This document shows positions 27,563 through 39,700 of a DNA stretch of 64,000 bases, in pieces. The notes under the pieces were generated by a model. The model was not told the DNA's origin, did not search any database, and saw only the letters and a program-made list of their open reading frames with translations. The position numbers were made by a program, and so were the translations under genes. Source of the DNA: Haliotis rubra (Eukaryota); assembly GCF_003918875.1 (NCBI RefSeq), contig NW_025767120.1, forward strand, positions 868,001 through 932,000, in the 5' to 3' direction. Numbering within the stretch: position 1 is the first letter of the stretch; the number at the start of each line of letters is the position of its first letter.

Positions 27563-28739
27563 TTATTGGGATGTTAACTGTCCGGATGATTAATTACTGA
27601 TATCTTCAGTTGTCTTAATGATATATGTATTCCATTTAAACATACCAGCAATGTTGATAAAATATAATTAAATATATCATTATCATTATCAATTGTTTCA
27701 GTCCTCAAAAGGCGGGAAATGATGTACAGATATCTTCAAATACATTCAATTAAACGTCCGTAAATTCTACGGGTTCCAAAATGGCGGCAATCGGTAACAG
27801 GTTAGCTTGGCCCTGTGTTCACATCTCTCAAGGTTTAAAAGGAGAGTTATCGTCCTTTGGAATAAAAGCACCCATTCAAGATAGGAGTAATTAGGTGAAC
27901 TTATCTGTATTTAATTCCAAGATACCAGACTTTTAATTACTGATACATTAAAAAAAATCTATTTGTTTATATCTACAAATTTCAAATATCACCAATTCTT
28001 TTCATTAATATTGCTCATCATAATCGTGCAGGGCGCCAGAACACGGTCAACACAATTGACGCATTCACCTGGGGCGAGAAGTCCGTGCTCGAACGAAAAT
28101 ATCACACTCAAGCAATATGGCAACAAAATAGGAGAATATTTAAAACCGTATTATATTAAATACTCATCCTTTAACGACATTTGACCATATCTGAATTCTA
28201 CTAAATTACTCTCTGTATGTGTATCCCTTTGATGGAAAGAAATAGTCTTTCAAATTGAAAAGGAGCCAGAGGAAATTTAGACGTGCTTCATATAGCGCTT
28301 TCGCACTGCAGAAAGGGCGAGGCGGGAAGGCAAATAATGCGAATCAGAGACCGTGAAATAGACTACGTTTGCCTACACACAACAAGAAGAATGGCAACAG
28401 TGAATGACAACCAACCCGATCCAACTGACAGTCCAAGACCCTTAACAGTTATGCCCCTTTTCAACATGATCTTGAATTACGATGGTGGGTGTTATTCAGG
28501 TCGGAGTGTTCAATACAGCGAAGCGCACATTGACATACACAGGGGGAAACTTTGGAGAGTATCATGGATGCTTTCACCGACCTGGACAAATCCCAGAAAG
28601 TACTGTTTGTTGTGGGAGGTACTGTTGTAGCCATCGTAACGGTCGTCGGCCTGAGGAAACTATGTTTCAGGTAAGTTAAGGCGTGTGAATAGCTAGTCAA
28701 GAGATACTCGGTTGATATTTCCCTGAACACAGTTCCACC

Positions 28740-28798
28740 CATTCGTGACCAACTCTTCTTGGAGTTTACGTACGGAAAGGGGCGAGTGGTGACGAATG
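28740..28798. mobile_element. 59-bp miniature of the CATTCGT-TIR family
   Basis: cattcgtgaccaactc...gagtggtgacgaatg, with a degenerate TSD. Confidence 0.7.
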
Positions 28799-29035
28799 AG
28801 TTCTGCCTCGATTCGCCCTGCCGAGCGTCGTTCAGAGTTTCGTCTGCTGAATCCGATGAATGTGGTTCGAATACCGGTTCGCCTTTTCTAAGTTTGGGTG
28901 CATCATACCCATGCTTGATGGTTTCATATGTCTGTGACCTGCATTTCTTGCTTTCCGGCCACATAAGGCTGGCACTGCGTCATCGATCTGCAACACTGAT
29001 GAACTTGGGGACCTCTTTTTATCGAAAAATTTAAC

Positions 29036-30039
29036 ATGGGAATTTCCATTCAAAAATTTCTCAGCGTGACCAATACCCCACTACTGCTGTCAATAATGTC
29101 AGTGTCGGAATGTTTATCAAACAAAGTAATTACAAACTCAGCAAAACGCAGTCTCGGAACTGAATCTATTTTGCCTGCCCCGACGCAAACAGCAGTAGAA
29201 AGGACGTATTTGCAATCCGGATCAGCTCCAATCGAATTTCACATTAGCAGACAAAACATGTACAGTCTAGATTACATAGATCGCAGACGCTCATCCTTGT
29301 ACGTCACATGTCACGTGACCAAGGCCGACGGAACCAGTCTAGCGCCCACGGACGAATGCTCTCCGGTGAATCTTTTTCTGCATTCTCTATTCTCTCAAGT
29401 GGACATGTGGCTACAGGGACGCCTCGTCAATTCCACGAACAATTATTATCCGTACAAGGCTATCATTAAGACGTTGCTGACTACAAATGAAGTCGACGCC
29501 AAGTCCAAGCTGACATCGCAACTATTCGTCAAGGACATGGCATAACAGATGGAATGTACGAAAGATTCAAGATAATACTGGAGAGTAAGAGCTTCGACAT
29601 GGAAGGTCCCCTTATGCACGATCTCGTTCAACTTAGACGCTACATCATGAACCAAGTCGACGTGCAAGTGAAACTATACAGATCCTCTCCAACCTTTCTC
29701 TTGATGGCCACCATAAAAGATGAAAAATACACGGTACACATAGACGACATCGTCCTTCGCATCATGAGAGTCGAGGTTAACCCCAGTGTCATATACGGAC
29801 ACAACACCGCTCTTTCTACGACAACGGCTAAATATATTTACCCTCACACGGAAGTGAAAATGATGTCCATACCCAGAGGTCAAGTGGCTTTCACATACGA
29901 TAATATTTTTCAAGGCGTCCGACCAAACAAGGTAGTCGTAGGTTTTGTACCATCCCTCGCCGTGGCTGGAGAGTATAATCGGAATCCCTTCGACTTCGCC
30001 AACTACGATCTAACTCAGATAGCTCTCAACTGTAAATAA
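29036..30039 (+). mobile_element. Maverick/Polinton (adintovirus-like) major capsid protein fragment (F54H12.2-like), disrupted
   Basis: Two intronless ORFs with motifs PTQT..PIEFHI..DYID...LYV..KADG..PVNLFLHSLFSQVD..LVN...YPYKAIIKTLL..KSKLTSQLFVKD and GPLMHD..Q..IMNQVDV.VKLYR..F.LM..DNIFQGVRPNKVVVGFV..G.Y..NPFDF. Recognised from memory as the Polinton double-jelly-roll MCP family. Confidence 0.8.
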
Positions 30040-33000
30040 TCGAGTCTGGACCAGACAATCCAGCATGAGCATCGATCTGCGAAATTGGGAACTGATGACA
30101 TGCGTCAACCAAGTCAGCGAGGCTGACCACCCGATCCCATTAGTCGCCTCTTACGACAAGCGGGCGGTAACTGAAGATCAATTCTAACCCGGATCTTCAC
30201 GGGGAGGAGCAACATTGAACAAAATTAGTTGGCCCGTAAATCAGAACTTTGGAAGTTTTTAGCCTCGTTTGATGTGGATCAGTTTAGGTGTTGAATTATA
30301 CTGAAGACAGTTATTAGCAGCACACCGGCCATAAAACATAATATTTTATACAGTGTATGTCATACAACGACTAAATCACTATACTTAAAGTCTACGTCAG
30401 AGACATTCAAGGATTTTCAAATCAAAACACAACCATCAGCTGTACAATGATCTTTTATGATATTTCATAGAGACACGAAGGCAAAGAAGGACTATCCTCG
30501 AGATACGGTGATCCATCATCAGATTGGTAGAGGTCCCTATGCCCCAAGTATGACGCCATTCGCGGTGAAGGTGGAGACCTATCTCCGGATGGCCAAGATA
30601 CCCTACCAGGTAGGTGAGAGAGTGAGTACATGAGTGTTGTTTCATGACCCGGTTCGCAATCTTCTCGTTGTGTCACGACGAGTGGTTACTTTAGGAACGA
30701 TTCATATTACTTTTGAACAAAACACAGATTCAGCTTCATCGTACGCTGTAGCCCAAACCCTTTCTATCACAGAACGTCCATCAAAGGGCAAATTCACTTG
30801 GATTGAGTATAATGGGCAGCCGGTAGCGGACTCATCCCTGTGTATGAAATTCCTCAACAAGAAGCTGGGTGTAGATCTCAACAGGAACCTGAGTCCTGCT
30901 GACAGAGGAGTAGCTCAGGCAATGCAGACCATGGTGGAGGATCATCTATACTGGTGAGAAACAGTCAGTGGGTGCCATTTAACTTCTGTCTGCCTGTCCA
31001 TCGTAACCATAGAGCAAACACACATTGATAGCTTGAATTGATAGTTTTTTTTTGTTTACCTCCGACCTCAGCAATATTCCAGCTATATGACGGTGATATG
31101 TAAATAATCGTGCCAGAATCAGACAATCTAGTGACTGCCATTGTGTGCAACTGCGTAACCGCCTCATACTAAAAGACGTTAATACATAGCATGTAACTTC
31201 TATTCTGCTTTAGTGGACGAACCAGTTCACCTCACATCACCGTCTCTAAGATAAGCTGCTGGCAATCTCCATTGTAATTTACTATCATATATTTGCAGGA
31301 ATAGTGAATCAATAGTGCTGTGGTTTCAGGTTAGTTGCCATCTTCCGGTGGCAATTTGACAACGATAAATCTTTTGGTCAGTTGGTGCCATTTTACTTTT
31401 ATCTGCCTGTCCATCGTAACCATAGAGGCAACACACATTGATATCTTGAACAATCCTTTCTCCGGTGTATCCAGATAGTTCAAACCAAACGGCATTAATA
31501 CAAAGCATGCTTTTGACTGGGGTTATGCTTTAGTGGGGAATAAACAAGAACGCGTTCACCTCAGTTCATATCTTTACGATAAGATGCTGGCCATTTCCAT
31601 GTCATATTTTGCTTGCATCTACTTGCATGAATGGTTGACTGAATAGTACTGTCGTTTCAGGTTCCTCCTCCTCCTTCGATGGGGGTATGACAACGACAAG
31701 TCTTGGATAATAGATATTTTCAAAGTAGGCAAATTTAGTTTTTGGATGATTCGACGACATTTTAGAAAGCAAGCATTGAGTCAAGGCTTAGGCCGACACA
31801 CAGAAAAGGAGGGAACAGGAATGTTTAAGAAGGATCTACAATCCCTGTCGGACTTCATAGGTATGCAGAAGTCATTGTAAACTGCATAATATACATAAGT
31901 GCTAACTATATTTCAGGAGCGATGATACTTTGTTTCATGTAATTTGTTTTGTTTCAATATACTCATCTGTCCACGTATGCTGGATGTTCCAGGGACCAAG
32001 AAGTTCCTGATGGGGGACAAGCCCTGTGAGACGGACTGTGCGGTGTTCGGTCAGCTTTCACAGATTTACTGGCATTTCACGGGCACTGGGCACGAGAACA
32101 TCCTCAAGGGCAAGTACTTTTAGCTGCCTCATCATTTGAAAACGTTCCGTTTCTCTATCTCCCCTGAATAAATCTGGCCTCTTTGGGGTGTGTGATGTGT
32201 TTTCATGTAATGGATAAATCAGGAGAATACTTTGTTTATGGAAGTTAATTCTACTTTAGAAATACAGATTGGGACCGTTTCCTGACGGAAACAATAACAT
32301 GGTTAATTCATAGTTTCAATAGATGCCAATAGTAGCGTCAGTTGTACTTGTTTAAATCTTGAATACATATGAAGGTAAGATTTTGTCAATGCATACATTA
32401 AAGAACTTAATTACCATATACCAAAATGAAAACATTGCAGAATACTGTTAACATAGGGTACGTAATGTACATCTACCTTTTTCTCACCACAACTGTATTT
32501 TCAAGAGTATTATCTTTTAGCCATACCAGTCTCCAATAACGAAGTATAGCTGTCATGCTATGCATGCCTAAAAGTGAACATGAACAGAATCGAGTTTGAC
32601 AAATTGAGTTGTGACATTATTTTCAGTTTCAGTTCTAAACTATATTTACTAAATTCAACTCAAATTCACATGATTTAGTAGACACATGAATTAATGTTAT
32701 CATTTGCTGTGAGATACTTGTTGCTTATGACGTTACTCTTTTTCCGTAGACAAATACCCAAACCTGGCCGCCTACTGTGAACGTATGAAGGAAGCATTCT
32801 GGCCTGACTGGGACCAGTGCATCACACATGGTGGAACAAGGGAGGCAGCCAAGTAGTAACTTTCCCTGAGAGCTGTAATGGCCGTTTTGGCATAATATAT
32901 GTTTCGTAATAAAATAACCTCTGCACAAACTGGGTAATTATCGCTCATTACTATCCCTAAACTGAATTTGTCCCTATACTTGCAATGTCTATTGTTATAT

Positions 33001-33279
33001 ACTAACAGGAAAAAGTAACTGTGCATAACAAAAACATTGCATCAAAATAAATAAATAAATAATTAAATAAACATGTAACACAGACCTTTGCATGAAATTT
33101 GATGTCACGTATCCCGCGTGACACTTGTGCCTTTTGCATGATGTACTTACTCACTTTTTGCATGTGATTTTACACTTGAAATTCACACACCTGATATTGA
33201 TAATTGAAGAACGGTTGATTATTCTCTTGCCTCTGAATGTTGTGGAAACACGTTAACTTCAACTTAAACTGAGCGTACG

Positions 33280-34220
33280 TCATGTCACAGTTTTAAAAAA
33301 ATCAACGTCTCTGTGCCGGGGGTATGCAGGAGACTGGAATGGCCCAAATGGCCAGACATTATGGTGTCCACCGAAACACGACCGCATCATCTCTGTCAAC
33401 ATAATGGGCACATGATGGATTTGCCTCGGACCGGCCGCCCAGACGTGACGTCACGTTGGCTGACCCATCTAAGGATTCGATTCCAGACTGCCAGCTTGGC
33501 TGCTCGGACCATTCCTGGCTTACGTCCAGTCAGTTCCAGGACTGTACGGAACCGAGTGAGGAAGCACAACATCCGGCCCCGGCGGCCTGCAATACGTTCA
33601 ACGTCACCGACGGCAGGTCTTGCTTGGTGCAGACAGCACCCACGGTACAGGAGACAAGATTGGGATGGGGTTTGTTCACTGACGGGTCGAGATTTAATCT
33701 GTACAGCTCAGATAGAAGGACAAGGGTCTACAGACGGCGAGGTGAACGGTATGCTGACGTGTGCGTTGTTCAACGTTGACAGTTTAGTGGCGGAGCGCTA
33801 TGGTATAGTGAAGCATCACATCTCATGGTCGGACATAACTTGTCATTGTCAACAGAAATCTGACGGGTCTTCGATACAGGAATAAGATCATTGGGCCTAT
33901 GTGCGGCCGTTTATTCAAGGACAGAGACATAACTTCACGCTTCACCAAGATAATGCCCGTCCATATGTCGCTCGTGTTGTGACAGATTTCCTGAGGCAGC
34001 AGACCGTTCCGGTACTCCCCTGGTCAGCTGTTTCTCCGGACCTGTCCCCCATCGAGTATTGGGATGATTGGGGCGACGTTAAGCCTAGACTCAGCCATTG
34101 AATTGGGTCAAGAGTTGGTTCAGACATGGAACAACAAGTTTTCTTCAATCGCTGTGTGTCGTCTGAGTCGTCGTTGTCAAGTCTGCATCAGCGCCAATGG
34201 TGGACACACACCATACTGTA
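33280..34220 (+). mobile_element. Degenerate Tc1-like transposase
   Basis: Motifs DLPRTGRP, VSSRTVRNR, LFTDGSRF, HQDNARP, LPWSAVSPDLSPIE and CISANGGHT spread across frames. Confidence 0.88.
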
Positions 34221-34429
34221 TTTGTGAACTGACTTTTGACACCACATCTCTTCAAGGGCGTGCTACGACGCCTAGTGTCAAGTTAATCAGATTCCGATAT
34301 TATCCTGTCAACTGTTTTTACACTTATTAAGGAAAACATCACACATCATGTTATTAATATCTATTTGCATTAAAATTGGCATAACATCAAAGGTTATCAA
34401 ACGAGTTCGCAAGCTAATACCGATGTTCT

Positions 34430-34552
34430 TTGGGAGTGAGGCAGAAGCAATCACAGATATGATCGGTGTGAAAGCAACAAGGAGTTCAACGTTTGCTTGG
34501 TAAAGGTTTTGTCGTTGTTATATTCGTAGCGGAATATAGCAGGAAACATGAA
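34430..34552 (-). pseudogene. Decayed type-A exon 4 relic
   Basis: Homologous to 4240-4360 (taaaggttttgtcgttgttatattcgtagcggaata), followed by intron-3 homology. Confidence 0.65.
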
Positions 34553-35782
34553 ACACTCTTCCAGCTGTTCGTTATCTTTAATATCAATTCATGTTGATCC
34601 CGTGGATACGTTTATCCAAATGTGCGTGGCCTGGTCAAAGATTAACGGTGTCACACAAACCAAGCATTAAAGAAAAGCTACACCGTCGTGTGCCTGACAA
34701 ACAACATGGCCCCTCCAGAAACCTAGGATCGTGGGTTCGAATCCCAGGTCCTAGTTGTTGAGTACACAACCTGTTCTTATAGGTTTCAGCATAGTGGCAA
34801 ATACCTAGAACCCTCATTTACGATCCTCCTAATATATGTTGATAGTATGTTATTGTTTTTTCTTAAATAATATTCATACAGATATTTTACAATGACTAAA
34901 AAGATTGCACAAACCCCACAAGCCTGGGTATGAGAAACCCAGAAATATAATCAGTACGACTCGTCGAACGAAACTCATGATCACAGGATCCGTTTGTAGG
35001 TCACGGTGACAAACAACGTTTTTCGGCAATGGCGATAACACTGCTACTGCTACTGCTTTTGTCGCTTTCTTTTCACGACCTGGAATTCGACCTTGGGTAC
35101 TCGTTCTACCTTTTGAACTGTGAACCTGCAACTGAATAAACCGGCTGTACATGTGTAATCACACCAACCTGAATAACACCAAATATTCACTCTCTGATAA
35201 GCCACTGTGAGCTTGTGTGTTATTCAGCTCTGTTAACGCGGCACAAAAAGATATGAATCTGAACTTGCCCGTCGAGTGATTGGTATAATGAGCAACGATC
35301 CATGCCGCAGGGACACGTTGACACGTTCTCAAGCAAATACCTGACCTCGACCAACCTTCTCAATTTTGTGGGCTCACGACCAATATAATTTGCTGGAAAC
35401 CACGATACCTGCGCTGTTCCCGAGCTGTCGAACCTAGAAACAAGCTCGGCAATTGTGGAATTTGGATCTTCGATGACAAGGATTCAACTCTGCACAGCGA
35501 ATTGTTGCCCATTAAATGTCATGACCACTTGTGCCCTTTTGTTAATACCATAACCTAGTATCACATATGCAAATCAGATTCACTCTGAAAATGTCTATTC
35601 ATATGAGTGTAAATGGGACGAGGGAAGAAATGTGGGTAATGCGTTGGATCGTCACACCAAGAACGCTGTTCGATTTTGAACATGGTGCAATGGTAGAAGT
35701 CCCTTTCTGATATCGCTGTTGTAAAGGTGAAAGAAGCATTGACTCTCTTCCTCACTATATACATACTTCTTTAATGCAGAAA

Positions 35783-36147
35783 TAGGGCCTGTAAGTCTCG
35801 CGAGGCGATATGCGAGACGGTGCCAAGCTTACTTCCGGTACCAGATTTCCGGTGACAAACGTATATTCAAGAACCAGTTCTGGTCCTAAATTCCACGACC
35901 GCCCAATATGACTTTAATAGTGTCACAGCGGTTGACAGTCGTAATAGTTTTAGCTGATTATGTTGACATATCGTAATAGCTAATTTGGGGATGGTTAGGT
36001 CGGAAATTTGTTATTCCTGCAAGGATCATCGGTTCATAGTATACTGTCAACTGACAGTCATGAGACCATTCGAAAAGGCATGAAACGTTGTTTGTCACCA
36101 GAAGTACTAAGGTCTCGAGAAGTGCCGTGACTTACTCACGGGCCCTA
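35783..36147. mobile_element. MITE with TAGGGCC termini (second copy 62535-62907; fragments near 48560-48950 and 60490-60866)
   Basis: tagggcctgtaagt ... actcacgggcccta. No clear TSD. Confidence 0.55.
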
Positions 36148-36739
36148 AATCACTTTTCGCCTTTTGGAATAAAATCACCTATTCCTGATATCAGTAAAAT
36201 TACTTTTTTGTGTGTTGTATGTATTTAGACGCAAGGTGTCAGAATTTGAATTACTGATATATTAAAAACATTAATTTGTCTGTGTCTTCATATCGTGTTC
36301 TAATATAATTAAATACATTTCAGATATCAGCAACTCTTTTCATTGATATTCTTCAACAGATCCCTGCAGATCCGTTCGAATGCAGTCAACACACTGGGAC
36401 AAGACGTCAGACCTACATTAACGCTTTATCTTTGAATATATATCATTTTGATAATTCAACTAAAAAGGAGCCACAGTTAGATTGGAGATTCTGAACATAT
36501 GACCCTTTCAAATTGAAGGAAAGGAAAATAAGGTCCACTGAGAAGACTATATCTTACACCAGACAACTAAAAAATGGGCGAGAGCTACTGACAACCAACC
36601 CGATCCAGCCGACAGCCCAAGGCCCTCAACATTTATTCCCCTTTTCAACATGACCTTGAATTGCTGATAATCGCAGTGGGTGTGATTGAGGACGGATTGT
36701 GCAACACAGCGAAGTGCACAGTGACACACAGAGGAGACT

Positions 36740-39700
36740 ATGGAGAGTATCATGAATACTTTCAACGACATGGACACATCACAGAAAGTTCTGTATGTAG
36801 TGGGAGGTGCTGTCGTAGCCATCGTAACGGTCGTTGGCCTGAGGAAACAATGTTTCAAGTGAGTTATCACGTGTGAATATCTTATAAAGAGAGACTCAGT
36901 CAGTATTTGGCTAGATCCAGTTGTCTGAGGCGCCTCGATTCGTTCTGTATAGCCTCGTGCAAGGCGCCATCCACTGAAATCGATGAACGTGGGCTCGAAT
37001 ATAGGTGAGCCCTTGCTATGCCTGTGAGCACATTCCCCGTGCTCGAAGGTATCGCCGAAATGTTACATGTCTGAAATCTCCATGTCTCCTTTTTCCCAAA
37101 CATAAAACTGACACACCTTTATTTACATGCAATGCTGTTGAAATTGGCGTTAAGCCTAAATCACTGCAATCAAACTACAAGCTGGAGAAGTCATGAAAAT
37201 GGGATGATTTTTGTTTCATGAAATGTTCCTGTCTATTTAGGTATTAACTTAGATGTAATTTAGATGTAAATATGAATGTTTTCACCTTTGCCAAGCACTA
37301 GTTTAGATGGAATCTAAACGGAAACTGTTTTGCTGGAATGCATGATCAATTCAAGTGATGTATTGTACTGAAAACATTTAGTAGCTGCACACCGACCATA
37401 AGACCATGGAACACTAAATTGTACAGTGTGTGTGTCAAAAAATGACTATAAATATACTTAAAGTTTATGTCAGCGATATTTGAGAACTTTGAAACCAAAA
37501 CACAACAATTAGCTGTAGATTGATCTTTTATGATATTTTATAGAGAGACAAAGGCAAAGAAGGACTATCCTCGAGATACGGTGATCCATCATCAGATTGG
37601 TAGAGGTCCCTATGCCCCAAGCATGACGCCATTTGCTTTGAAGTTGGAGACCTATCTCCGGATGGCTAAGATACCCTACCAGGTAGGTGAGAGAGTGGGT
37701 GAATGAGTGTGGTTCATGTCGCAGTTAGCAATATTCTCGTTGTGCCATGACGTATTGGAATGTGGTCAAGGAAAGCAGGCTGTTGACTACCTGAGCAACG
37801 ATTATCATTTCATCAATAAAACAGTTATTCTAATCCTAAGCCACCCAATTCCCTGTTTTCTTCAATGGAGTGAGTGAGTATGGTTTTACGCCGTTTGTAG
37901 CAATATTCCAGCAATATCACGGCGGGGGACACCAGAAATGGGCTTCACACATTGTACCCATGTTGGGAATCGAACCCGGGTCTTTGGCGTAACCACAAGG
38001 CTACCCCACCGAACCTTTTTCAAGGGAAATCCTATGTTATAATACAATGTGTCTGTGATTTTCAACACAGAACGTCCATGGCCGTCAACTTTCATCAAAA
38101 GGCAAATTCACTTGGATTGAGTATAATGGACAGGCAGTAGCGGACTCATCACTCTGCATCGAATTCCTCAACAAGAAGCTGGGGGTGGACCTCAACAGGA
38201 ACCTGAGTCCTGCTGACAGAGGAGTAGCTCAGGCAATACAGGCCATGATGGAGGATCATATATACTGGTGAGGAGCAGTCAGTTTAACTTCTATCTGCCT
38301 GTCCACCAGGACTGTGCAATATTACCGGTAAACCGGTATAAACCGGTATAAACCGGTATATACTGGTACAGTGCCTCCCGATTCGGATATCGCGATATGG
38401 TTCAGATTGTGCAATATATTGGGTCATCCAGGGTTAGCTCCCTTTGAATTATCTGCCTTTGACTTCTACATTTTACATGTGGAAGTATCTTTATAAGTGG
38501 CTCCAAATGTGCCAAATGTTCTACCAAGGACTAAGTCTTCTAAATTTTGTAGGACGGTATAATGACATTCTCGTCAAGGATCTTAGGCTGTTGGAGGTCA
38601 CATGAGATTTTAGCTCAAGCAGTTCATCTAAATCATGTTTCATTTTGCAATAGTTCATGTTAACACATCTTTATATTGGAGCTGAATCTGAATGAATCAC
38701 TGACAAACAGTAACAATAATTACATACTGCGTTGAAGTGCATTCTGTTGAAGCAAACAACAAATCATGTTATGCTATTACCTTTATCATTGTGTTCGCAA
38801 AACTTTGTTGTAACAGTTCAATTCAACAGTCCACATTAAGGCTCCATATCATATTATTTATCCGTGGTAAACCGGTGGCATACAACCATACACACTGGGG
38901 ACGGGGAGCCTAAAAGTAGCAACTAAGAAGATGATGTCGCACACAGAGAGCTATTATGAATTTATGATGTACGCACTTGGGCAGAAACCTTCCAGTCACA
39001 ATATGTATTGCTATATCTCTTAAATTATTGCAATAAATCACAATATGAGAATCCGGGAAATATCTAGCCTTACTGTCCATCGTAACCATAACGCCAAACA
39101 CATTGATATTTTGAATCTCAGGTCTCTTCAAGATTGTTTAGTTTGTTGATTAACGCAATAATCCAGATATGTGATGGCGAACTGTAAATAATCGTACCAG
39201 GACCAGTCAATCCAGTGATTGTCATAAATGAGCATCTACGTGGCTTGGATACGATGATCATGACATGCATCCACCTATTCAGCGAGCCTGACAACCTTAG
39301 ATTTCATTAGAACCACTGAAGTCATGAAGGACGAAGCAGCATCAATCTGGAGAGTGGAAGATCGGTGGCTCAATCCTCTGACCGTGTCATAGGAAAAGAC
39401 GTTAATACATAGCATTAATTGTAACTTCTATTCTGCTTTAAGGGACAACGAACGAGTTCAATTCTCATCACCGTCTAAGATAAGTTGCTGGCAATTTCCA
39501 CTGTACTAGCATATATTTTCAGGTTCGTTGCCCTCTTCCGATGGCAATATGACAGCGACAGATCTTTGGTAATGAATGCCTTCAAATTATCGAAGTTTCT
39601 GTTTTGGATGTTTCAACGACTTCTTAAAAAAGCAAGCATGGGATCAAGGCTTGGGCCGACACACAGAAGAGGAGGGAACTGAAATGTTAAAGAAGGATCT

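Larger units (their letters stand above)
28552..32856 (+). pseudogene. FAXC: FAXC-like type B, copy D (pseudogene)
   Basis: Exons 28552-28670 (ATG>TTG; next Met at 28564), 30471-30609, 30773-30953 (16-nt deletion, frameshift), 31661-31860, 31993-32109, 32750-32856. An extra partial exon 4 sits at 31330-31378. Confidence 0.85.

Noticed and set aside
28461-28964. 167-aa minus-strand ORF
   Set aside because: Antisense to copy D exon 1 and intron 1 plus a mini-MITE. Not conserved as an ORF in the paralogs.
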